Shown here piece by piece: positions 1 through 8,039 of a stretch of 64,000 bases of DNA; position 1 is the first letter of the stretch; every line of letters starts with the position of its first letter. A model generated the notes under the pieces. That model searched no databases. It was not told where the DNA came from and saw only the letters and a list, made by a program, of their open reading frames with translations. The DNA lies in the NCBI GenBank assembly GCA_963702005.1, contig OY969696.1:4128001-4192000 (forward strand), in the 5' to 3' direction. The translations under genes were made by a program, and so were the position numbers. The stretch comes from Candidatus Aminicenantes bacterium (GTDB taxonomy: Bacteria > Acidobacteriota > Aminicenantia > Aminicenantales > JAFGBC01).

Positions 1-1178
1 AAAATTATGGAGATCGGACTCATATCCGGCTTCTTATGCATGATGTAAATTTCATTGTTGCCCGGGGTCAGGTCCTGCCAGACAACGAAGATTTGTGAGC
101 CCCCGACCCCCAGGGATTGGCCGCAGGACGCGCCCGAATTATTCGTGAGCCTCTCGATTTCCCGCCAGGCGCCTCCCCCGTTCGTCGATTGCCGATGGGT
201 GATCTCGAAATTTCCCGGCGTGTCGTCGTTCCAGACGACATCGAGGCTTGAGTCATTGACGGCCAGGGCCGGAGCCTCGGAGCGGCCTGAATTATTGGTG
301 AGCCTCAAACCGGACTGCCAGGTGGCTCCTTGATCGGCGGATTTCCGGAAATAGATCTCAGGATTCCCGGGTGTCGTATCGCTCCAGGCGAGATAGACCG
401 TTGAGCCCATGGCGGCGACGGCCGGAGAATTGGAGGAACCCGAATTCGTGGTGAGTCTTACGGAAGCTTGCCAAACAGCGCCTCCGTTCGTCGATTTCCT
501 GAGGTAGATCTCGTAGTTACCGGACGTGTTCTCCTCCCAGACGACATAGACGCCCGAGTCGGCGGCGGCGACGGCCGGATTCCGGGCGTCGGCCGACCCC
601 GAATTTCCGGATAGCGTTTTAGCGGCCTGCCAACCGACTCCTCGGTCGGCGGATTTCGTCAAGGCGATCCAGCAATTTCCTCCCTTGGCGCTATCGTCAT
701 TATGCCAGGCCACATAGAGAGTCGCGCCGACGACGGCGATGGCCGGCTTTCCCGCTTTCGCCGTCTTGTTATTCGTCAGGGCCCGGGCGGCCTTCCAGTG
801 GTTTCCTCCATCCTCGGATTTCATGAAATAGATCTGGGCGATCCCCGGCGTCGCATCCTCCCAGACGACATAGACGTTCGAGCCGTCGACGGCGATCGCC
901 GGAGACTCGGAGTCACCGGCATTGGTGGTCAGTCTTTGGGTGATTTGCCAGGCGACTCCTCCATCGATCGATTTCCGGAAGTAGATTTCGCCATTTCCCG
1001 GCGTATCGTCCGTCCAGACGACATAGACCGCCGAGCCGTCGACGGCGATCTTCGGACTCCCCGAGTCGCCCGAGGTCGTCGTAAGCCTCGTAGTCATCCA
1101 GCCCGCTCCATAGGCAGTCCCCGAGGACAGGAGCAGAACGATCAGGCCCGCCATGAGGATCATTCTGAATGGTTTCAT
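1..1178 (-). CDS. Secreted BNR/Asp-box (sialidase-fold) repeat beta-propeller protein, 3' end runs off the window
   Basis: Absent from the ORF track. ATG at 1178 follows RBS AAGGAGGGG. Manual translation gives MKPFRMILMAGLIVLLLSSGTAYGAGW (signal peptide), then about 7 repeats like PAIAVDGSxVYVVWxDxTPGNxEIYFRKSxDGGxxW. Still in frame at position 1. Confidence 0.85.
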   Translation of the reverse strand, partial: MKPFRMILMAGLIVLLLSSGTAYGAGWMTTRLTTTSGDSGSPKIAVDGSAVYVVWTDDTPGNGEIYFRKSIDGGVAWQITQRLTTNAGDSESPAIAVDGSNVYVVWEDATPGIAQIYFMKSEDGGNHWKAARALTNNKTAKAGKPAIAVVGATLYVAWHNDDSAKGGNCWIALTKSADRGVGWQAAKTLSGNSGSADARNPAVAAADSGVYVVWEENTSGNYEIYLRKSTNGGAVWQASVRLTTNSGSSNSPAVAAMGSTVYLAWSDTTPGNPEIYFRKSADQGATWQSGLRLTNNSGRSEAPALAVNDSSLDVVWNDDTPGNFEITHRQSTNGGGAWREIERLTNNSGASCGQSLGVGGSQIFVVWQDLTPGNNEIYIMHKKPDMSPISII

Positions 1179-1432
1179 TATCCCCTCCTTATTTGAAGAA
1201 AATTGGGGGGATTCAAATCCTCAGGACCCCGGCTGATCGACGTTAAATTGCGCCTAGCTGGTCGGCTTGAGATAGAAAAACTTGCTTTTTCCGGGAAACG
1301 ATGAATGCCCGCTCTCGGCGCTGAATCTCCCCTACTCCTTAAGTTTTTATTGTATCGTCATCATCGAGGCGATGTCAATCGCAGCGATGATGGCAATGTC
1401 AATCGAAAAGGGACTTGACGGCCATCGGAGAC

Positions 1433-2878
1433 TTAGGACTCCCTTTCCATCCAAAAGATCCTTTTCGAAGCGCGGTCGACCCTGAAGGCCTCCCCGGCCG
1501 GGAGGCCCGGCACCCAGACAATTCGGCGAGCGCGAGCCGAATCCCGAGACTTGGAGGATATCCCGACGACGATCACCGGGAGCCGGTCCCGTTCCTCGAC
1601 CGGAATCCCTTTGGCCCGCAGGATCTCCTTGAGCTTCTTCGAGCCGGGGGCGCCGAGCGGCCGGTAGCGATCGCCTTCCTGACGGTTCCTGACCACGATC
1701 GGGAATTCGATTTTATCCGCGTCGAGAAACGCCCGGGTCCGGTCGTCGAACGGAGCGGGAAACGTCCCCCGGAATTTCAGAAGCCGTCCCTTGAACTTAA
1801 CGCCCGTCTCCTTGATCGTCAAAACGCCCCGGCCGTCCCATAAGTAAGAAAATCGGACCTTTCCGGGGGCAGGCTCCGCGACCAAGACGATACCTTTGTC
1901 CCGCCGCAACATCAATCCTTTGGTCAGGGTCGCCATCTTCCCGTCGACGAGCCCGAGGACGGCTTCGACATCGGCGAACGTCACGCCCCTGAGGTTGCCT
2001 CGAATCTGCTCCAGAAAATCCCGGACGGACCGGCGGGCCTGGGCCTGAGGCAGGCGTTCGAGCGCGGGGAGGTCTAGCGTCGGTTTCCCTCTTTCGCTCT
2101 CATTGTTCTTGCCGTCAGTGTCGGCATTGACGAAACGAGAGATTCTTCGCGAACCCGGTTCGGCCCGGAGGTCCTCCTCAGCTTGAAGGATCAGGGCCAG
2201 CCGCCCAAGTTGGGAGACGACTTTGGGCTCGATCCGCTTCAGGAGGGGCAGGACTTCGTGCCGGATCCGGTTGCGGAAGAAACGGAGATCGAGGTTCGAC
2301 TCGTCCGTCCGGAAGTCGAGCCGCCGCGCGGCCAGCCAGCGGGCGATGTCTTTCCGTTCGATCCCCAGGAGAGGCCGGACGACGCCGCCCTCGCTCGCGG
2401 GCCTGATCCCGCCCAGGCCGCGGAGGCCCGTCCCGCGCAGGAGCCGCATCAGGACGGTTTCGGCCTGGTCGTCGGCGGTGTGCCCGGTCGCGATCCTGTC
2501 GGCCCCGAGCTTCTTCGCCGCGCTTTTCAAGAATTCGTAGCGCAATTCGCGGCCGGCTTCCTCGAGGTTCATTTTGCGGCGCTGGGCGTAACCCCGGACG
2601 TCCCTGGATCCGACGACGATCGGCAAGCCATATTTTGCGGCCGATTCCCGAGCGAACGTTTCGTCCTCCTTCGCGGCCGGGCGCAGGCGGTGATTAAAAT
2701 GGGCCAGGGCAAGCTCGAGTCTCAGCTCTCTCCGAGCGGCCAGGAATAGGGAGAGGAGAGCCGTCGAGTCCGGCCCGCCCGAGAAAGCGATCAAGATACG
2801 ATCCCCCGGGCGGACCAGGCCGTAGCGTCCGATCGTATTCCGGAATTGGACCAGAATGGCCGATCTCTCAGGGGCCAT
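1433..2878 (-). CDS. tilS: tRNA(Ile)-lysidine synthetase
   Basis: PP-loop SGGPDS, TGHTADDQAETVLMRLLRGTG, DESN...RNRIRH and C-terminal GSKKLKEIL...ERDRLPV. Confidence 0.95.
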   Translation of the reverse strand: MAPERSAILVQFRNTIGRYGLVRPGDRILIAFSGGPDSTALLSLFLAARRELRLELALAHFNHRLRPAAKEDETFARESAAKYGLPIVVGSRDVRGYAQRRKMNLEEAGRELRYEFLKSAAKKLGADRIATGHTADDQAETVLMRLLRGTGLRGLGGIRPASEGGVVRPLLGIERKDIARWLAARRLDFRTDESNLDLRFFRNRIRHEVLPLLKRIEPKVVSQLGRLALILQAEEDLRAEPGSRRISRFVNADTDGKNNESERGKPTLDLPALERLPQAQARRSVRDFLEQIRGNLRGVTFADVEAVLGLVDGKMATLTKGLMLRRDKGIVLVAEPAPGKVRFSYLWDGRGVLTIKETGVKFKGRLLKFRGTFPAPFDDRTRAFLDADKIEFPIVVRNRQEGDRYRPLGAPGSKKLKEILRAKGIPVEERDRLPVIVVGISSKSRDSARARRIVWVPGLPAGEAFRVDRASKRIFWMERES

Positions 2879-2949
2879 GGCCGGAGGGGTTCCTTAGCGA
2901 ATATTCGGGCGGGCGGGCTGTCTCCATCGTGCTCGATAATACGGGAAAA

Positions 2950-3023
2950 TGGCGGCGGAGGGATTTGAACCCCCGACACTGCGGATATGAGCCGCATGCT
3001 CTGACCAACTGAGCTACGCCGCC
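2950..3023 (-). tRNA. tRNA with CAT anticodon, probably elongator tRNA-Met (Ile2 not excluded)
   Basis: GGCGGCGTAGCTCAGTTGGTCAGAGCATGCGGCTCATATCCGCAGTGTCGGGGGTTCAAATCCCTCCGCCGCCA folds as a cloverleaf. G1-C72 is paired, so it is not an initiator. CCA is not fully encoded. Confidence 0.93.
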
Positions 3024-3035
3024 GAAGGTGAAAAA

Positions 3036-3064
3036 ATTTTAGCGGAATCCGCGGGCAAAGTCAA
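3036..3064 (-). promoter_or_regulatory. sigma70-type promoter for tRNA-tilS
   Basis: TTGACT-17 nt-TAAAAT on the minus strand, just upstream of the tRNA. Confidence 0.7.
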
Positions 3065-3134
3065 TTTGCCTTGACAGTCCCGCGGCCCCTTTGATATTGT
3101 CCTATTGCCAGCTTTTATCAAGGAGGATTATCCC

Positions 3135-3563
3135 ATGAAAAACGCCAAAGCCCTGATGACCGTCTTCATCCTTATCTTCGCCGTTTCCGGCGCCCTCCAG
3201 GCGGCCGTCCCCAGCCTCGTCGGCGCCTGGACGGGGACGGGCAAGGCGGTCGGACTCGAGCACGGCTACTACAACGTGACCTACTCCGTCACAGTGACGG
3301 ATCAGAACGGGAACTTGTTCCGGGGCAGCATCAAGATCACGACCCCGATGGGTTCCTTCACCCAAAAGTTCACCGGCATCATCAAGACCGACAACACGAT
3401 CGCGGCCAACTACCGGGAATCCACCGGCGAAAAGGTCACCGAGGCCATTTCGTTCGGGAAATACATCGCTCCGACCGCCAAACAGCCCAAGGCCGGTTAC
3501 GAAGGCTACTGGCTGAACTCGCTCAACCAGGATACCGGGACGATGTCGCTCCTCAAGAAATAG
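3135..3563 (+). CDS. Hypothetical secreted protein
   Basis: AGGAGG RBS before ATG 3135, signal peptide MKNAKALMTVFILIFAVSGALQA, host-like codon usage. Confidence 0.75.
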   Translation: MKNAKALMTVFILIFAVSGALQAAVPSLVGAWTGTGKAVGLEHGYYNVTYSVTVTDQNGNLFRGSIKITTPMGSFTQKFTGIIKTDNTIAANYRESTGEKVTEAISFGKYIAPTAKQPKAGYEGYWLNSLNQDTGTMSLLKK

Positions 3564-4245
3564 CGGCCCGCACGGCGGCCGCGGCGTGAAGGGCCGTCGT
3601 GTCGAACAAGGGAAGCTCACAGTCGTCCTGACGGATGAGGAGCGGAATCTCGGTGCAGCCCAGGATGACGCCCTGGGCGCCGGATTGCGCCAGCTTCGCT
3701 ATGATGTCCAAATAGGCCCGCCGCGATTCCTCGCGGATGACGCCCCGGGCCAGCTCCTCGTAAATAACCGTGTGGATTGTCGTCAGGTCGGGCTCGGCCG
3801 GGATGAGGATGCGGAGGCCGTGCTTCTCTTTAAGCCTCTTCCGGTAAAAATCCTGCTCCATCGTATAGCGCGTCCCGAGTAATCCTACCGTTTTCAATCC
3901 TTGAGCCTTGACGGCCTCGGCCGCGGCGTCCGCAATATGGAGAAGGGGAATCTTGACCGAGGCCACAATATCGTCGGCCGTCCGATGCATGGTATTGGCG
4001 CAGATGACGATAAAATCCGCTCCGGCCCGCTCGACGTTCCGGGCCGCCTCGACCATGAGTTCCGTCAGCCTCTTCCAATCGCCCGCGACCTGGAGGCGTT
4101 CGAACTCATCGAATTCCACCGAGACCAGGACGCAGCGGGCCGAATGGGAGCCGCCCAGCTCGGCCTGAACCCCCTCGTTGATCAGCCGGTAGTATTCGAG
4201 CGTGCTATGCCAAGTCATCCCGCCCAGCAAGCCGATCGTTTTCAT
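3553..4245 (-). CDS. Aspartate/glutamate racemase family protein (YgeA/RacX-like)
   Basis: MKTIGLLGGM start, two catalytic Cys motifs ICANTMH and LGCTEIP. Confidence 0.93.
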   Translation of the reverse strand: MKTIGLLGGMTWHSTLEYYRLINEGVQAELGGSHSARCVLVSVEFDEFERLQVAGDWKRLTELMVEAARNVERAGADFIVICANTMHRTADDIVASVKIPLLHIADAAAEAVKAQGLKTVGLLGTRYTMEQDFYRKRLKEKHGLRILIPAEPDLTTIHTVIYEELARGVIREESRRAYLDIIAKLAQSGAQGVILGCTEIPLLIRQDDCELPLFDTTALHAAAAVRAAIS

Positions 4246-4255
4246 CGCAGTCCTC

Positions 4256-6388
4256 TCAGTCCTTGATCCCGGCCAGGTCGAGGATGAAGGCGTACTGGAA
4301 GGCCGTCTCGCGCAGCCGCCGGAAGCGGCCCGAGGCGCCGCCGTGTCCCGCCTCCATGTTCGTTTTTAAAATAAGCGGGTTCCGGTCGGTCTTGCTGACG
4401 CGGAGCCTGGCCACCCACTTGGCCGGCTCCCAATACTGGACCTGGGAGTCGTGGAGGCCGGTCGTCACCAGCAGGGCCGGGTAGGCCTTGGGCCGGACAT
4501 TGTCGTAAGGGGAATAATTCATCATGTATTCGTAGTAGGCCGGGTCGTTGGGATTGCCCCACTCGTCGAACTCCGTAGTCGTCAGCGGGATGGACGGGTC
4601 AAGCATGGTCGTCACGACGTCCACGAAGGGGACGGCGGCGATGACGCCCTTGAACAGGTCGGGCCGCAGGTTGACGACGGCGCCCATCAGAAGTCCCCCC
4701 GCGCTCCCGCCCTGGGCGAACAGCCTGTCGGGAGTTGTGTAGCCGTGCCGGACCAGGTATTCGGCGCAGGAGATGAAGTCGGTGAAGGTGTTCATCTTCT
4801 TGAAGAGCTTGCCGTCCTCGTACCAGAATCGGCCCATCTCGGAGCCGCCCCGGATGTGGGCCAGGGCGATAATGAAGCCGCGGTCCATGAGGGAAATCCG
4901 CATGATATTGAAACCCGGATCGGTCGAGGCGCCGTAGGAGCCGTAGCCGTAGATGAGGAGCGGCGCGGGACCTTTGTCGCGGGCGCCCTTCCGGTAGACG
5001 ACGGAAATCGGGACGAGCGTCCCGTCGTAGCCGGGCGCGCTCAGCCGCTCGGTCGCATAATCCTCGGGCTTGTAGCCGCCCAGGACCTCCTGCCGCTTGA
5101 GGACCGTTTGCTGCCGCGTCTTCATGTTGAATTCATAGACGGTCGCCGGCGTCGTCAGCGAATTGTATCTGTAGCGGAGGAGGTCGGTCGCCGGCTCGGG
5201 CGTCGGCGTCGGATAGGCTTCATAGGCTTTGTCCGGGTACTCGAGATAATAGCCGTCCTTTTCCCCCCAGGGGATGACCCGGATCTGCGACAGCCCGCCC
5301 TTCCGTTCGCTCAGGACCAGGAAATCCTTGAAGAGGCTAAACCCCTCGAGATAGACATCGGCCCGGTGGGGGATGACCTCCCGCCAATCGGCCAGGCCGG
5401 TCCGGCCGGGCGCCGCTTCCATCAGGCGGAAGTTGCGGGCCTGGTCGTTGGTCAGGATAGTGAACTTATCTCCGAGGTGGTCGACGCTGTATTCCAGGCC
5501 GTACGTCCGCGGCTGGAACATCGTGAACTCGGCCAGGGGTTGCGAAGCGTCCAGGTAGCGGTATTCAGTCGTCAGAGTGCTGCCCGAAACGATGAAAATG
5601 TATTTCTTGGAGCGGCTCTGGTCGAGCGAAAGCTCGAAGGTCGGATCCTGTTCGTAAAAGACCTCGACATCGCTTTTGGCCGGAGTGCCCAACGTGTGCC
5701 TGAAGATTTTGTAGAGACGGAGCGATTCATCGATAGCCGGGTAAAAGACGGTTTTGCTGTCGTTGGCCCAGACAGCGAAGCCGGCCGTCATCGTTATCTC
5801 CTCGGGATAAATCTTTCCCGTCTTGAGGTTCTTGAAGTAGAGCTTGTACTGCCGGCGCGAAACCGTGTCGACCCCATAGGCCAGGACCGCGTTGTCGGGG
5901 CTGACGGCGGCGCCGCCGATGTTGAAAAAGCTGTGCCCGGCGGCCATTTTGTTCCCGTCGAGCATGACCTCTTCCTTGGCCTTGAGCGTCTTGGCTTTGC
6001 GGCAGTAGACGGGATAGTCCTTGCCGGTCTCGAAACGGGTATAGTACCAGTAGCCGTTCTCGAAATAGGGGACGGACATGTCGGTCTGCTTGATCCGGCC
6101 GGTCATCTCGTTGTAGAGCTTTTCCTGGAGCGGCAGGGTGTGGGCCGTGAGCGCGTCCGTGTAAGCGTTTTCGGCCTTGAGGTACTCAACGACCTTGGGG
6201 TTGGAGCGCTCGTTGAGCCAGTAGTAATCGTCGACGCGGGTCTGCCCGTGGATGGTCAGCTCCTTGCGGATCTTCTCGGCCAGGGGCGGCTGGGGGACGT
6301 CCTGGGCAAGAACCGGAACCGCCAGCACGGCGACGAATAGGGCGGCCAGAAAAGCGGCCTTGAGTCTCAAAGAACGGGGGTTCTTCAT
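4256..6388 (-). CDS. ptrB: Oligopeptidase B (S9A) with signal peptide
   Basis: DDYYWL N-terminus, GGSAGG nucleophile elbow, HDSQVQYWEPAKW, AGHGGASGR. Confidence 0.92.
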   Translation of the reverse strand: MKNPRSLRLKAAFLAALFVAVLAVPVLAQDVPQPPLAEKIRKELTIHGQTRVDDYYWLNERSNPKVVEYLKAENAYTDALTAHTLPLQEKLYNEMTGRIKQTDMSVPYFENGYWYYTRFETGKDYPVYCRKAKTLKAKEEVMLDGNKMAAGHSFFNIGGAAVSPDNAVLAYGVDTVSRRQYKLYFKNLKTGKIYPEEITMTAGFAVWANDSKTVFYPAIDESLRLYKIFRHTLGTPAKSDVEVFYEQDPTFELSLDQSRSKKYIFIVSGSTLTTEYRYLDASQPLAEFTMFQPRTYGLEYSVDHLGDKFTILTNDQARNFRLMEAAPGRTGLADWREVIPHRADVYLEGFSLFKDFLVLSERKGGLSQIRVIPWGEKDGYYLEYPDKAYEAYPTPTPEPATDLLRYRYNSLTTPATVYEFNMKTRQQTVLKRQEVLGGYKPEDYATERLSAPGYDGTLVPISVVYRKGARDKGPAPLLIYGYGSYGASTDPGFNIMRISLMDRGFIIALAHIRGGSEMGRFWYEDGKLFKKMNTFTDFISCAEYLVRHGYTTPDRLFAQGGSAGGLLMGAVVNLRPDLFKGVIAAVPFVDVVTTMLDPSIPLTTTEFDEWGNPNDPAYYEYMMNYSPYDNVRPKAYPALLVTTGLHDSQVQYWEPAKWVARLRVSKTDRNPLILKTNMEAGHGGASGRFRRLRETAFQYAFILDLAGIKD

Positions 6389-6458
6389 GCGGGTCTCCTT
6401 AAGGATTTTGTTTCAATCGTCACCGGAAACGCGATGGTACCGCCGGACACGAACGAAA

Positions 6459-6533
6459 GTCAACCCCTCGACACCCGAGCCTCGAGGCGGGGGCCTGTTC
6501 GGGGGTGACCCTGAGCCTCGGCGAACGGGTCAA
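6459..6533. repeat. Palindromic REP/MITE-like element at the IS insertion point
   Basis: GTCAACCCCTCGA...CCTCGAGGCGGGGGCCTG...GGTGACCCTGAGCC...GAACGGGTCAA. GC-rich, self-complementary, intergenic. Confidence 0.4.
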
Positions 6534-6540
6534 GCCAACC

Positions 6541-7909
6541 TGTTGGGAAAAGTTGAAAAGTAGACACTTTAAACTTCAAAAGTGGACACGTGGAAAAGCC
6601 TTAATCGGGAACTTAGTGGAGGCGACCATTGAGTTGTGCCACCAGACTCGGATCTCCACGGTCTCATTGGCGAGGTTAGGAACCAGGTGCAGGTCGACCT
6701 CTTCGCCCGGGGGGACGTGCTTAATCGGGATTTCCTGTTTGTAGAAGGAGAGGCGTCGATAGGGGTTGACCACCCGCGTTTCCTTGAGGCAGAAGACATC
6801 TTTGGAGGCGTGGTAGGGTTTAGGAACGAGGAAGGGGCGGAAGAGGGACTGGCCGGCCCTGCGAGCCTTCGCAAAGCGATAATCGGGGATCTCGCCGGTC
6901 GTCGCGTGGACTTGGAGTCGATTATAGCGATGCATCTCGTCTTGGAGGACCTGGCGGACCTCCTCGAGGGTGGAGAGCTTTTCGAGGGCCGCCGTCCGCA
7001 CGATCCGATCCTGAAGCCAGCGATAGGAGCGCTCGATCTTGCCCTTGGCCTGGGGCGAGAGAGCATAGATGATCTCCACGCCCAGACTCTTCAGGACCTG
7101 CTTCCAGTAGGGATCGACGTCATCGGTCCTGAGGTTCAACTTCTTCCAAAAACTGTCCCGGTTCTGGACGAAGCGGAAGACGCGCAGGGAGTCCACGTAA
7201 TACTGTAAAGGTAAGCCATAGCGACAGATCAGGGCCTCAGCCGCCTGGATATGGGCCCAGGTGGTCTCGTGGGGAACCAGGTCGGCATACAAGAGCTTGC
7301 GGCTGTAGTCGTCCAGGGAGCTGATCAGGACCCATTGTTCCTGGGCGTAAGGAGACCAGCGGTGATGAGAGGCGTCGTGCTGGATCAGGGCGCCGATCGC
7401 GGTGGTCAGGACCTGCCGGTCGTGGAGCTTCTTCGGAGGATGTCCCTTGTAACATCCTAACGCCTTGGCCCGGCTAATGATCGTCGGGACCGAGACCTTG
7501 ATTCCCCGCTTGAGGAGTCGGTCCCGGATGGCGGAGTAGTTGTAGGAGGTGATCGGGAGGGTCCGGTCTTCGATGAGAGCCTTTTCGGCGATCAGCGCCC
7601 CCTTCATCTCCCCTTCGGCCTGGAGAGGCAGCTTCGCGGGGGACCGCCGGTGATAAGCGATCGAGAACGCCGCAGGATCCTCCCTATAGAGCTTGAGAAG
7701 GGCAAAGAACCGGGCCTTTCCGATGCCGAGGGCCTCTTCGACAACCGCGCGGTCCAGGAGGCCCTCCGTGTACCCCCTGAAGAGATTCCGGACATGCTCG
7801 GTCGTGAACCGTCTGTGAACCTGTTCCATACATTCCTCCTTCTTGAGGAATGTAACCCAGGTGTCCACTTTTCATCTTTAAACTGTCCACTTTTCAACTT
7901 TAAATAACA
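6541..7909 (-). mobile_element. IS1202-family (formerly ISNCY) insertion sequence, apparently intact
   Basis: TGT...ACA ends. Imperfect ~49-bp IRs: TGTTGGGAAAAGTTGAAAAGTAGACACTTTAAACTTCAAAAGTGGACAC versus TGTTATTTAAAGTTGAAAAGTGGACAGTTTAAAGATGAAAAGTGGACAC. Flanking DR GGGTCAAGCCAACC at 6527-6540 and 7911-7924. Confidence 0.88.
6576..7868 (-). CDS. DDE transposase (IS1202/ISNCY type)
   Basis: QHDASHHRW, LDDYSRKL, YGLPLQYYVDS and SPQAKGKIERSYRWLQDR motifs. True start may be MEQVH. Confidence 0.9.
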   Translation of the reverse strand: MDTWVTFLKKEECMEQVHRRFTTEHVRNLFRGYTEGLLDRAVVEEALGIGKARFFALLKLYREDPAAFSIAYHRRSPAKLPLQAEGEMKGALIAEKALIEDRTLPITSYNYSAIRDRLLKRGIKVSVPTIISRAKALGCYKGHPPKKLHDRQVLTTAIGALIQHDASHHRWSPYAQEQWVLISSLDDYSRKLLYADLVPHETTWAHIQAAEALICRYGLPLQYYVDSLRVFRFVQNRDSFWKKLNLRTDDVDPYWKQVLKSLGVEIIYALSPQAKGKIERSYRWLQDRIVRTAALEKLSTLEEVRQVLQDEMHRYNRLQVHATTGEIPDYRFAKARRAGQSLFRPFLVPKPYHASKDVFCLKETRVVNPYRRLSFYKQEIPIKHVPPGEEVDLHLVPNLANETVEIRVWWHNSMVASTKFPIKAFPRVHF

Positions 7910-7924
7910 AGGGTCAAGCCAACC

Positions 7925-7953
7925 TTGACATCCTCCGGACCCTGATTTATGCT
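7925..7953 (+). promoter_or_regulatory. sigma70-type promoter of the beta-propeller gene
   Basis: TTGACA-17 nt-TATGCT, starting directly after the IS target duplication. Confidence 0.65.
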
Positions 7954-8039
7954 TCCGCACGGCGGCGAGATGGGATAATCGATACGGAAATGCGCCCGCA
8001 GCCGGCTCAGAAAAAAATAAGATACCAAAGGAGATCGGA

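Noticed and set aside
2950-3023. tRNA as integration site of the island
   Set aside because: No duplicated tRNA 3' end and no integrase were seen, and the island boundaries lie elsewhere.
4451-6340. Long antisense or alternate-frame ORFs (also 10022-11398, 16744-18057, 33713-35113, 35156-36937, 50192-51709)
   Set aside because: They overlap well-supported genes on the opposite strand and are typical high-GC shadow ORFs.
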